Assembly (NCBI GenBank): GCA_964016885.1
Contig: OZ024745.1
Span: forward strand, 118,730,001 to 118,794,000
Origin: Eledone cirrhosa
Lineage: Eukaryota
Direction of reading: 5' to 3'
DNA length: 64,000 nt
Part shown: in pieces, positions 41,313 through 54,795 of the stretch
Position numbering within the stretch: position 1 is the stretch's first letter
Layout: the number at the start of each line of letters is the position of its first letter
Position numbers and translations under genes: made by a program
Notes under the pieces: generated by a model
The model's database searches: none
What the model saw: the letters and a program-made list of their open reading frames with translations, nothing else
Told to the model about the DNA's origin: nothing

Positions 41313-43039
41313 TGAGGGAGGTTGTCTGTATATGCGTATATGTGTGCAACTTATATATATAATATTATCTGTGTATGTGTGTACAAAATGCATGCAAATA
41401 GACATTCCGACAATTAGAACAACCTTTAAATTTGTGTTTATAATTTAAGTTATACGTTTGATAATTATATCAATTTCCCTTCGACGATATACAATAGACA
41501 TAAAACAACGAACATTCTACATAATAAACATGTAATGTAATATAAGAATAAAGTTGTAAATACACGCACACACACTTATAAATATATGTATATATATATA
41601 CAGAGAAAGACAGAACAGCGATTTGTGATGGTTTCTAGTAAGGACGGGTGTATGGCTGATGAAGCGAAGAAGACGGGTGAAACTTTATAATGCTTACGAA
41701 GTCAAACACAAGCTAGAAAGTCCCATACTACTCAAATATTGATGAGTATTGTAATAATAAAGATTTCATTTAGATAATGATAACAATAACAAGAGAATTA
41801 ATTTAAAAAAAGAGAAAAAGTAAAAGGGTGTTGGTTGTTTTCTTACCTGACTTTATACCATATAATAAATCCGAATATTTGATGCTGAGAATGCAGTCAG
41901 TATGGGCATGGTAAGTATATACCAATACATGGGTATAGAACTATACTATGTATGTACGCATGAATTTATATATTTATATTCACATATATATGTGTAGACA
42001 CACATATGTGTATATATGTATCCGTTTAAGACTCTAAATATGTGTGTATACAAGTGTTAGTGTGCATGTCTTATGTGTATATGTTTATAGTTATATAGTA
42101 TGTTTGCGTAATTCTGTGAATGTTATATATTTTTTCTCAGACCATAACAAACGTGAAGTTGAACGAGAGATAAAGAGCGGGAGTGAGAGAAGCAAAATAA
42201 AGGAGAGAGTGGCCGAGTAATAGAGAGATAAGAGAGAGAGGGAGAAAGAGAGAAGAGTGTAATAGTAGAAAAAACTGTTCAACAGAAGCATTGAATGAGA
42301 GAGTGAGTGAAGCACTTGTAATAGTGGTGTGGCAGGGGAGGATAATTGTACTGGTGGTAGTAGTGGGAGTTACGTTGCTTGTTGTAGCAGTAGTAATAGT
42401 AGTTATGGTAGATGGTGTAACAGCAGTAGCAGTCGTAATGGTGCGGCTTTAATGATGATGTTGTCGGCGGCGGTAGTTGTGATAGTTGTAGCGGTGGTGA
42501 TGGTGGTGGCGGAGCATGAGGGCCCGGTGTTGAACGGTGAAGCGTAACAGTGTAAGGATTGCTGTAATCATGAGAAGGGGAGGAAAGCAATATCACTTCT
42601 CTCCCTTTCTCTCTCTCACACGCTCTCTCTCTCCATTAGCCCATCACCTCTCTTTCCTCCCACTACCCCTCTTTCTTCCACCCTTTTACTCTCACACTTT
42701 CAATGACTTTTCATCTTTAAGTCATCTACAGTACCCCCTCTCTCTCTCTCTCTCTCTATGTAGGTATTATCTATATATATATATATATATATGTAGAGAG
42801 AAAGCGAGAGAAATATATATATAAATAGATATTGTTTTATATTTATTGGCTCTCATTATTTTTCCCCTCCCTCACCTCCTCCCTATGTCTTCCTTTTTGT
42901 TCTCACCGCCTTTCTTTTTTTTTTACTACACTCACTCTTTGCATATTTCCTTCTCTCTAACTACTGCTTTCCCTCTCTCTCTATCTAGCTACACCCATAT
43001 ATATATATATATATATATTTTACAGGAACGATCGACTTT

Positions 43040-43622
43040 CGTCAAATCGGACCGAGGGAACAATGTTTCCGTTGGTCTTTCCAATTGCTAATACTATCTA
43101 TCGGTCGCAACTCCAGGTAGAAGGAGCAACGTGAAATAAAGTGTCTTGCTCAAGGACATAACACATCGCCTGGTCCAGGAATCGAACTCACAAACTTACG
43201 ATTGCGAATCCAATTCTCTAACCACTCAGCCACACGCCTATATATATATATATATACAAGGATATTAAATAAATGGAAACTATAAACTATATTTATAAAT
43301 AATAATTTGTTGAATTACCAACAAATTGAATATTCCTTCTGCTTATATATATAAGCAAAGAGTTATTTAATTTGTTGGTTATTCAACAAATTTATTTATA
43401 ACATATATATATATATAACATATTTATATACATATATGTTTTGCATGTATGAATCAAATCGGACCGAGGAAACAACGTTTCCATTGGTCTTTCCAGGCAG
43501 AAGGAGCAACGTAAAATAAAATGTCTTGTTCAAGGACATAACGCATCACCCGTTCTTCTGGGAATCGAACTCACAACCGCACGATTGCGAATCAAATTCT
43601 CTAACCACTCAGCCACACGCCG
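43040..43622 (-). mobile_element. Two SINE copies (43040-43240 and 43455-43622), with a head related to the SINE at 1-120
   Basis: 'gtgtcttgctcaaggacataac...ggaatcgaactcac...ttctctaaccactcagccacacgcc' occurs twice. Confidence 0.75.
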
Positions 43623-43623
43623 T

Positions 43624-43731
<108 letters not shown>

Positions 43732-43933
43732 TACATGCAAAACATATATATGTTATAAATATATATATATATTTGTATATGTATATATATACATATATAG
43801 ATAGATTTCTTTCTTAGCCACAAGGGCTATATGTATATATGTATATATAGAAATATATGTGTGAATGAAGTAATTCCATCGGAAAAGTCCAGGAAAAAAG
43901 AGTGCTCTATGTAGGCAACAGAGCTTAATTATT

Positions 43934-44064
43934 ATTATTATTATGTAATAAACAACATAAGGCAATTATTCCATTTACCAGTGGTTTCTTAAAAGCAAAA
44001 GGTTTTTAAGAAACCACTGGTAAATGGAATAATTGCCTTATGTTGTTTATTACATAATAATAAT
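43934..44064. repeat. Fold-back inverted repeat of the 3' half of an HHR element
   Basis: About 60-bp perfect arms; each reads GAAA-ccactgg-TA-aatggaataatt..., homologous to 51252-51298. Confidence 0.85.
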
Positions 44065-44074
44065 ATATAGAAAT

Positions 44075-44117
<43 letters not shown>

Positions 44118-44181
44118 TGTTTGTATATATATATATATATGTGTGTGTGTGAATATATAAATGTGTATATATATATATATG

Positions 44182-44240
<59 letters not shown>

Positions 44241-44527
44241 ATATATATACGTGTATGTGTGTGTGTGAATATATAAATGTATATATATTTATTTAGTTAT
44301 ATATTTGGGTGATCTGCCTTCTAACACATGTTATGCCCTCACCCGCTACCCTCGTAGCTATCCCTCTAATTACGCGCCACCCTTATGTATGAATATATAT
44401 AGATATATACCTTTCTTTCATTCTTTGAATTGATTTAATTCCTATAGTTGAGTCTTTCATCACTACCCTTCCGTTTTAAACGCATTTTGTCTTAGTAAAT
44501 TTAATTTTCCCTTTCTCTCCCCTGTCG

Positions 44528-44630
<103 letters not shown>

Positions 44631-45474
44631 GAGTACTCGTATTCCGATTTTCTTTATTTATAATTTTTTGTAACAAAAAAAAAAAGAGAAAAGAAAAGCC
44701 AAGAAAAATTGACTTCTCTTTGAGGTATTTAGTTCTGGTCCTTTAAGCTCTGGTTTCAAATCTCGCCTTAGGTCATCTTTACATTTCAGTCTTCTGAGTT
44801 CAATAAAATAAGTAAGTACCAGCCAAGTACTGACCAATTTATATTACTATATGTCAATGAAATTGTAGTAACAAATATTTTAGTTGCGTGCAACCCCGCC
44901 ACACATACACTGACAGCTACCCTCCATGTTTATCTATATAGAACATTATATCCATGAATGAATTAATGTCACTACCTCTCTTTATATATATAAGGTTCCA
45001 TTTTAGTCCTCTACTCTTTTAATCCTTTCGTGGGTATTTCGCGTTTTTTTTCTTTCCTATTTTTCCTTCCACTTCAAACTATTGTGGATTTTCAGTCCAC
45101 CTCTCAACTGCAGTTTATTTATTTCTTTAAAACCACCCCATTCTCGCTATTCCCCCCCCCCCTCCCTTCTTTTACCGTCTAGCTGGTGGATTTACTTTCA
45201 CATTTAGGTACTTTTTTCTTCTACACACATGTTTCTCCGAGTCATTTGAAATACATTTCTTTCGTTTTCATACCAAGTCACAAAGTTCTAACAACGCAGA
45301 GTCGATCGAATCAACCTCAGTACATTTCTAGTACATACTCGTTTTATCGACTCACGATTAGACGTTTCGATTTTCTCTCCTTTTTTTTCTCTGTCATACG
45401 TTGTTTTCTCATTAACACTCATCTCTCTCTCTTCCCCTCTCTCACCCCTCTCTCCTCTCTTGCTCTCTCTCCCT

Positions 45475-45512
<38 letters not shown>

Positions 45513-45969
45513 GCTTTCTCCCTTCTCTCCCTCCTCTCTCGCTCGCTCCCTCCTCTCTCCACCTCTATCTACCGCTCTATCACCCCCTCTCTCCCCTTCC
45601 TCCTCTATCGCTCCGGCTCCCTCCCTCTTCCCCATTAGTGTTCTTACTCATTGTTCTCTCAGTACCTTTATTTTTCTTTAAATTAATTTTTTTTTAAATG
45701 TTACTCTTGCTATTCCCTCCTTCCTCAAGTTCTCATTGTTATTGTTGTTGTTGTTTCACCTATCCTCTTCCTTTTCTTCACTCAATCTCCTCACCACCGC
45801 CACCACCGCCACCACCACCACCACCAACAACAACAACAACCTCACCACCACCATTACAAACAGTTCTATCGTTCTGATTATTTCACTTGCAGTGTTTTGT
45901 TACATAACTGTTACTTTCAGTCTCTTGACATCATCCTTCACCATGTATTTCTCTCTCTCTATATATATA

Positions 45970-46675
45970 TATATCGCTCTTTCATACTCTATATATCACT
46001 CTCTCTCTCTCTCATACTCTATATATCGCTCTTTCATACTCTATATATCACTCTCTCTCTCTCTCTCATACTCTATATATCGCTCTTTCATACTCTATAT
46101 ATCACTCTCTCTCTCTCTCATACTCTATATATCGCTCTTTCATACTCTATATATCACTCTCTCTCTCTCTCATACTCTATATATCGCTCTTTCATACTCT
46201 ATATATTACTCTCTCTCTCTCATACTCTATATATCGCTCTTTCATACTCTATATATCACTCTTTCTCTCTCTCATACTCTATATATCGCTCTCTCATACT
46301 CTATATATCACTCTCTCTCTCTCTCATACTCTATATATCGCTCTCTCATACTCTATATATCACTCTCTCTCTCTCTCATACTCTATATATCGCTCTTTCA
46401 TACTCTATATATCACTCTCTCTCTCTCTCATACTCTATATATCGCTCTCTCATACTCTATATTATCGCTCTCTCTCTCTCGTACTCTATATATTGCTCTC
46501 TCATACTCTATATATCACTCTCTCTGTCTCTCTCTATATATATATCGCTCTCTCATACTCTATATATCACTCTCTCTCTCCCTCTCTCATACTCTATATA
46601 TCGCTCTCTCATACTCTATATATCACTCTCTCTCTCTCTCATACTCTATATATCGCTCTCTCATAGTCTATATTA

Positions 46676-46728
<53 letters not shown>

Positions 46729-47097
46729 CTCTATATATTGCTTTCTCATACTCTATATATCGCTCTCTCATACTCTATATATTGCTCTCTCATACTCTAT
46801 ATATCGCTCTCTCAAACTCTATATTATCGCTCTCTCTCTCTCTATCTCTCTCTCATACTCTATATATTGATCTCTCATACTCTATATATCACTCTCTCAT
46901 ACACTATATATCACTCTCTCTCTCTCATACTCTATATTATCGCTCTCTCTCTCTCTCATACTCTATATATCACTCTCTCTCTCTCTCTCTCATACTCTAT
47001 ATATCGTGCTCGCTCTCATACTCTATATATCACTCTCTCTCATACTCTATCTATCGCTCTCTCTCTCTCTCATACTCTGTATATCGCTCTCTCTCTA
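45970..47097. repeat. Pyrimidine-rich minisatellite, (ct)n-catactctatatatc[a/g], alternating subunits
   Basis: About 45 units of 21-30 bp. Confidence 0.9.
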
Positions 47098-47134
47098 AAT
47101 AACATCAACGGTGTATGTTGTATGCGTGCATGTT

Positions 47135-47170
<36 letters not shown>

Positions 47171-47198
47171 CGTGTATATATATATATATATATGTGTG

Positions 47199-47231
<33 letters not shown>

Positions 47232-47234
47232 TAG

Positions 47235-47287
<53 letters not shown>

Positions 47288-47308
47288 GTGTGTATGTGTG
47301 TTTGTGTG

Positions 47309-47377
<69 letters not shown>

Positions 47378-48313
47378 TCGTTACTTATAACACGACTGTG
47401 TTCGAAACTCGAGAATAAGTAGGAACATGTTTTCAATACCATATTTAAGATAAAAGCGCTTCCTCATACTCACAATATCACTCCCCACCCTCGTATATAT
47501 AATGCTTTATCTGTACCCTCCCCCACCTCGCTCACTCTCTCTGTGGATATATATATGTGTGTGTGTGTGTGTGTATGCATGTATATATATAAACGCATAC
47601 ACACATACAAATACACAGACATTCAATCACTGAATGAAATCATAAATCATTTTTCTCTCACTGTTAGGTAAGAATCTCCCACCACCACCCCTTACTCCAT
47701 TATCTCTCACTTTCCGGGTTTAGGTTCTCGATTGTCAGTTTTACATAATCCAGTGTTTGGTGGGGTTGGTATGATGGCGCGTAGCTTAGTGGTTAGGCTG
47801 TTCATCTCACAGTCGTAAGATCCTGAGTTCGATTCTTGCCAACACCTGTCTTTCTTATTTCACGTTACCCCAGTTTACTCTTCTTCTTTTACGCCATCTT
47901 AGTTCTGGGAGCAAAGTCCCCAAGCATTCCTTCCAGCGGGTCCTTGTCAGAAGCAACCGTCTTCAATTGATCTGATCGGATGCTCAAGCGAGAGCAGCTC
48001 AACTCATGAATGTTATTCAACCATCTTGATCGGGAGTTTCCTTGGCAAAAATGAATTATGCCTGAAATTCAAAGGATCAGTTTCAAGCTGGCTCTCCCTG
48101 AGAACTCCGCTTGAGGAGATTTTTCAAATATTTCACTATGTTTTAAATTGCCTTGTCTGACGAACGAATGCGGACCTTTCTTGTATCCGTCTTATTCGGG
48201 AAACCTCTGGTAATGAGGTAATTATATTGTATTGTTTATTATACATTAAATATTTAGCTCTGTAACTTACATAGAGCACTCTTCATTCCTCTGACTTTAT
48301 CAACGGAAACTTC

Positions 48314-48388
<75 letters not shown>

Positions 48389-48432
48389 TAATTCAAAATA
48401 TTAACAAAAATAGACATTCGTGTGATCAAGTA

Positions 48433-48499
48433 TATTTTATTATACATATTTCAGAGGTACTGAGCTATCTTCAACAGTACGTCCTCATCAGATAAAATA
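48433..48499 (-). ncRNA. Type I hammerhead ribozyme motif (family C)
   Basis: Reverse complement reads tattttat-CTGATGA-ggacgtactg..cagtacctct-GAAA-tatgta-TA-ataaaata. Confidence 0.8.
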
Positions 48500-48551
48500 A
48501 GATGATGCATGACATACCCTGACTAAGTAGATGGTTAAAATTCAGCCATGA

Positions 48552-48602
<51 letters not shown>

Positions 48603-48665
48603 GAAAAGTATAGAAATTGTTGTAGCGAGAAGGTAACAGTATTCCATAATATATTCCATACATAC

Positions 48666-48696
<31 letters not shown>

Positions 48697-48747
48697 TGTA
48701 TGTATGTATGTATGTATGTATGTATGTATGTATGTATGTGTGTATGT

Positions 48748-49357
48748 GTCAGGTCACCAGTTGGTGCTACTGGTAACATGTATCCCAGTACAACCTGTCT
48801 CATGGTCGGGTCGTTGGCGACTAAACTGGCAACCCCACCAAGGTTTCTTGGTGAGGAGGGTGACTTTGGACATCCTGCAGGACTAAAAACAAAACCTGTC
48901 AAAGGGCAAAGGAGCTCTTAAGAGTCAATGGCCATCCAAAATCACCGGGAGAGATGACCCCTTAGCCTTTGTCAAGGCAGAATTCTAGGAGAAGGAAAAC
49001 TCTGATATAACACCTGCAACCCTGATGGTATCCAATGATGTTGACTTGTTCTTCTTTTTGGTAAATATCATCTTGGTTAAGAGAGTGGGACTGGCTTTGT
49101 GCAGTGCCTTTGCTCACTACAAAATCTTCACGGCACAGGCATTGCTTTATATCTGGAGATCTCTCTGCACTTGTCATTACATGATACCATGGGCCCAGCA
49201 CTATGTGTCAATAATTGTCACAAGTGTAGTGTTTGTACCAGAGTTTTCAAGTCGCTGGCTGGACTAAAAAGTCACACTCGTTCAGCGCATTGGTAGGGGT
49301 TCTCCTACATGGATATAAAGTAGTGGCCGTACTCGAAAACGAGTTGGCAGCCACCAT
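48748..49357 (+). mobile_element. Apparently complete ~610-bp non-autonomous RTE derivative in (TATG)n
   Basis: 5' UTR homologous to the RTE at 35370-34990, fused to the C2H2-finger coding 3' end; (ATGT)n on both sides. Confidence 0.8.
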
Positions 49358-49390
49358 GTATGTATGTATGTATGTATGTATGTATGTATG

Positions 49391-49424
<34 letters not shown>

Positions 49425-49518
49425 TGTATGTATTTCTACAAAGTAATACAAATTAACTCATGTAGACCCAAGGTTAATTCTGTTGCTCAGCTTTCCAGCC
49501 CTGGCCACATGGTATCAT

Positions 49519-49892
49519 TGTGGCAGTATCGGTAGAGGGTTGGACGCCATGCTTTCTAGCATAGTTACGTCCCTTTACAGTCTGAGTTCAAATCCCGCCG
49601 AGATTAACTTTGCCTTTCATCCTTACGGGGTCGATAAAATAAAGTACCAGTAATGTACTGGATAATTGCTGACCTTGTACCTAAAGTAGAAACAATTATT
49701 TCTCTTGGATTGGCAGTATCGGTAGAGGGTCGGACGTCATGCTTTCCAGCATAGTTACGTCCCTTTACGATCTGAGTTCAAATCCCGCCGAGGTTGACTT
49801 TGCCTTTCATCCTTACGGGGTCGATAAAATAAAGTACCAGTAATGAACTGGTATTTGCTGGCCTTGTGCCAAAAGTAGAAACAATTATTTCT
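49519..49892 (+). mobile_element. Head-to-tail dimer of the Meta-SINE-like family
   Basis: Two consecutive ~185-bp copies, each ending 'aaagtagaaacaattatttctct'. Confidence 0.85.
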
Positions 49893-50294
49893 CTAGACCA
49901 TGTAGCAGCAAGGAGAGCGATAAAGTTAACTTGCGAGGCTTTATAAGTACAACTTCTCTGCTTCACTTGTCTAATGTTATGTATTTATTTGATAGTGCTT
50001 ACATCAGACATCGCCCGTGATCACTGATGTACACATAGAAATATGTGCGCGAGTGTGTCTGTATGTGTCTGTATGTGTGTGTATGTATGTGTGTGTGTGT
50101 GCGCGCGCTCGTCTGTGTGTGTGTGCGCGCGCTCGTCTGTGTGTGTGTGCGCGCGCTCGTCTGTGTGTGTGTGTAAATAGAGAGGGAGGGAGAGAGAGTG
50201 AGGTGCGGGTACGTGGGCGGCAGGCGACGACTCGTGGTAGATAAATGCTTTTGATCGTTCATCCTAAGTGTTTCGTCTTTTTTCCTGTGCAACT

Positions 50295-50351
<57 letters not shown>

Positions 50352-50524
50352 CAAGAATATATATATATATATATATGCGGGATAACAAATTATTGTTATA
50401 GGAGTCCACTTAGATGTAGTCCAGTTAGGGTACTCCGAGTAGTGGATGGTATTAACGCTTGGTTAAGTTTGACTCAACAAGACGTCTCCATAGTGATGCT
50501 GCGAGTACGCGGTGATTTCTATGT

Positions 50525-50664
50525 AGTTTACACTTGGAGTAATAATAAATCAAGAAAGAAGAATGACATGGTTTGCTATACACTAAGCTATGAATAAAGC
50601 CCTTATTGTATAGCAAACCATGTCACTCTTCTTTCTTGATTTATTATTACTCCAAGTGTAAACT
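50525..50664. repeat. Inverted repeat, 58-bp arms with a 24-nt spacer
   Basis: agtttacacttgg...gctataca pairs with tgtatagc...ccaagtgtaaact, one mismatch seen. Confidence 0.85.
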
Positions 50665-50678
50665 CTTCTTTCTTGCTT

Positions 50679-50734
<56 letters not shown>

Positions 50735-50797
50735 TTGTAATATAATGAAACGAAATTTCATTTCTCACTGATACGTACATATATATATGTGTACCTG

Positions 50798-50898
<101 letters not shown>

Positions 50899-51213
50899 CA
50901 TGCTACTGTACGTCTGTATACATATATGTATGTACGTATACATACATACTTACATTTATATATATATATATATATATATGAAGTATTTCCGTCGGAAAGG
51001 TACATGAAAAAAGAGTGCTCTATGTAGGCTACAGAGCTTATTAGTAGTTGAGTGTGTGTATGTTTATGTTCTGGATATTTATTTTATATATATATATATA
51101 TTTTATATTTTTTTCCCCTAATTTCCTTTTCGTCCGTTTTTTTCATCCTCACTTTCATATTTCCTAAATTTTGTTTTCAAATCCATATTTAATAAAAACA
51201 CCATGTTATTTAT

Positions 51214-51270
51214 TCATTCTGACGACTGACGACAGGCACATCTGCCTTCAAGAAACCACTTGTAAATGAA
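51214..51270 (+). ncRNA. Degenerate hammerhead motif (family D)
   Basis: ttcatt-CTGACGA-(ctgacgac)aggca catc tgcct tcaa-GAAA-ccacttg-TA-aatgaa; the core heptamer is locally duplicated. Confidence 0.55.
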
Positions 51271-51555
51271 ATAATTATCTTATGTTGTTTATTACATAAC
51301 TAAATATATATATATCCCTGATGATTTCTCACGAATGAAACAGTTCTAGTCCTGTAGAATTGCTTCTATATTAAAACTTTTATACTCTGCTATGTATTGA
51401 GTACCTTACTTACTGCGGTTACCTCCGATTCAACCCGGAATAATTTACCTATATATATATATATATATATTTACATACATACATACATGTTCATCCATCT
51501 GTATATGTGTGTGTATATATATATATATTTACATGTATACATGCATGTGCATCTG

Positions 51556-51596
<41 letters not shown>

Positions 51597-51695
51597 TTAA
51601 TTGACTTCCCCCCACCACCAAATTGCTGGCCTTGTGCTTATAGTGGAAATCATATAAATTGGGATTGTATATAAGAATGCGTCCGCGTATCTGTA

Positions 51696-51739
<44 letters not shown>

Positions 51740-51742
51740 TAC

Positions 51743-51792
<50 letters not shown>

Positions 51793-51796
51793 ATAT

Positions 51797-52002
51797 AACG
51801 AAGGAGATGTGGTAAGGAACCAAGTGGACCATAACGCACCAAAGTACTCAATACTTAGGGTAGTAGAGTGGGTAATAGGAACGAGTAAGACCCCGACGGC
51901 TGAGCTCAAGACGTTTCGACGGCTAATTCTGGACTAAAAATTTTAGTCCAGAATTAGCCGTCGAAATGGCTTGATTTCAGCCGTCGGGGTCTTACTCGTT
52001 CC

Positions 52003-52003
<1 letters not shown>
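51797..52003. mobile_element. TA-flanked fold-back element (same family at 13222-13382, related copy at 13981-14150)
   Basis: Palindrome 51875-52003 centred on ggactaaaa-a-ttttagtcc; minus strand reads ..agccgtc-GAAA-cg-TC-ttgag. Confidence 0.75.
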
Positions 52004-52062
<59 letters not shown>

Positions 52063-52561
52063 TATGTGTGTATGTGAGTCCCGGGTTCAATCAGGCGTAA
52101 CCACAGTAAGTGAAGTACTCAATACATTTGTGTCTGTCTCTATATACATACGTGACTGTCTCTATATATATACGTGTGAGTGTGTGTGTATCTCTATATA
52201 TACATGTGAGTGTATATATATACATACGTGTGAGTGTGTATGACTCTATATACATACGTGTGAGTGTGTGTCTCTATATACATACGTGTGTGTGTGTCTG
52301 TGCCTCTCTATATATACGTGTGAGTGTGTGTGCTTCTGTATTTAAACAGATATAACTTTATAACATATATATATACATAAACACACACACATACACATAC
52401 ACATATAATATATATATGTGTGTGTGTTTATATATGCATGTATGCATATATATATATGTGTGTGCGTATGTATACATGGATATATATATATATGGATATA
52501 TATATATATATATGTAAATATGTGTATATATAAATATGTGTTTTATGTATATATATATATA

Positions 52562-52610
<49 letters not shown>

Positions 52611-52613
52611 ATG

Positions 52614-52646
<33 letters not shown>

Positions 52647-52715
52647 ATATATATATATATGTGTATGTATATATATATATATATATATATGTGTATGAAT
52701 ATATATATATATGTA

Positions 52716-52766
<51 letters not shown>

Positions 52767-52781
52767 ATATATATATATATA

Positions 52782-52847
<66 letters not shown>

Positions 52848-53831
52848 AGTATGTATATTACACACAACTGAAACTCTCTTTCACGCACTAATGCACACTC
52901 TCTTCCTTACCCTCCTCTTCCCTCTTCCCCCTCATCCCTCCATAGAAGTAATTGATTTCCACCCTTTCTCGTCATTCTGTCAACCTCTCACTCCTCTTTC
53001 TCCCCCTCTTTCTCCCTCCTCTTTCTCTCTCCTCTTTCTCCCCTCTCTCTCTATCTCTTTCTGCTCAGTTTCTCTCTCTCTTTCCACTCCACTCTCTCTC
53101 CCTCCTCCTCTCTCTCACTCTTTCCTCTCCGCTTCACTCTCTCTATCTACTCGCCCTCTCTCTTCTCCCTCCATTTCTCTCTCTCTTTACTCCGCTTCTC
53201 TCTTGCTCTTCATTTGTCTCCCTTTCTCTTCCCATCTGCTTCCTACCACGCTTCACTCTCAGTCGTTTTTCTTCTCTTCCTCTCTCTCTTTCTATGTCTC
53301 TCTCTTTCCACCCTCTCTCCCCCTCTTCATGTCTCATTTCTGTTCTAGGCCATTCACCTCATACTCGTTTTCTTCCAACCACCCCTCCTTCCCCGTTCTC
53401 ATGGATTTGCCAGTGCGCACGCACACATACACAAACACACCCACAGACGCACGCACACATACACAAACACACCCACAAACGCACGCACACATACACAAAC
53501 ACACCCACAGACGCACTCATAGGCAAACACACCCACAAACGCACACACACAGACACAAACACACCCACAAATGCACACATATACAAACACACAGCGCAAA
53601 CGCACACATATAGACACACACAGACACGTCTTACAAACCCATATACATATTTATATATATATATATATATATACATACATTCTTTAACTTTTTAGTTGGT
53701 GTTAGCCACCACGGCCTGGGCCATGCTTGGGCACCGGGTTCATTATATATATATAGAGAGAGAGATGTGTGTGTGTGCATGTATATATATATAAATGTGT
53801 GTGAGTATGTGTGGGTGTGTGCGTGTATATT

Positions 53832-53868
<37 letters not shown>

Positions 53869-54336
53869 ATGTGTGTATAGATAAGTATGTGTGTGCGTGT
53901 ATATATATATTTATGTGTGTGTATTTATAGATATGTATGTGTGCGTGTATATTTATATATATGTGTGCGTGTGTGTGCACCCACACAGAGATATAAACAA
54001 ACTGTCACACAGACAGACACTAACTCACAGATCAAATAAAGAGAGACGCTGCGACGTAGTTTCGATTCCAATTGCCACCCGTTTTTCTTTATCTAGGGTC
54101 TTGTTATTATGGGGTGACTGTTTACAGGTCTATTATCTGATCCCTTTTGTGTTTTCGTTTAATCCCAGATCAGACCCATGATCAAAGATTTCCAAAGTAG
54201 CGACTACCCGGCCATTTAGTTAAGACTGGTGCCTCAAACGCCTAACTCAAAGGGGCCTTTTCTTGCCAGGGGGCCAAAAGTGAGATGAGATGGTGGTACG
54301 ACGGTTTTCACCCGTTATAATTGTTTCTACTTTAGG

Positions 54337-54795
54337 CACAAGGCCAGCAATTACCCCAGTGCATTACTGGTACTTTATTTTATCGACTCTATAAGGATAA
54401 AAAGCAAAGTACTTTTGACACAAGGCCAGCAATTACCCTCAGTGCATTACTGGTACTTTATTTTATCGACTCTATAAGGATAAAAAGCAAAGTACTTTTG
54501 ACACAAGGCCAGCAATTAGCCCCAGTGCATTACTGGTACTTTATTTTATCGACTCTATAAGGATAAAAAGCAAAGTACTTTTGACACAAGGCCAGCAATT
54601 ACCCCAGTGCATTACTGGTACTTTATTTTATCGACTCTATTAGGATAAAAAGCAAAGTACTTTTGACACAAGGCCAGCAATTACCCCAGTGCATTACTGG
54701 TACTTTATTTTATCGACTCTATTAGGATAAAAAGCAAAGTACTTTTGACACAAGGCCGGCAATTACCCCAGTGCATTACTGGTGTTTATTTTATT
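54337..54795 (-). repeat. Tandem array (5 full plus 1 partial, 82-83 bp) of the SINE core/3' part
   Basis: Unit cacaaggccagcaattaccccagtgcattactggtactttattttatcgactctataaggataaaaagcaaagtacttttga starts at 54337, 54419, 54502, 54585, 54667 and 54749. Confidence 0.9.

Noticed and set aside
41648-41712. CTGATGA...GAAA...GTC hammerhead-like spacing
   Set aside because: Stem II and stem I do not pair convincingly.
45736-47418. 560-aa and 401-aa Ser/Leu/Tyr-rich ORFs
   Set aside because: Stop-free minisatellite, open in several frames, with no domain.
47775-47845. tRNA-like A/B boxes (also ~55040-55095)
   Set aside because: No complete cloverleaf; the 47775 copy continues into SINE core sequence, so these are SINE heads rather than tRNA genes.
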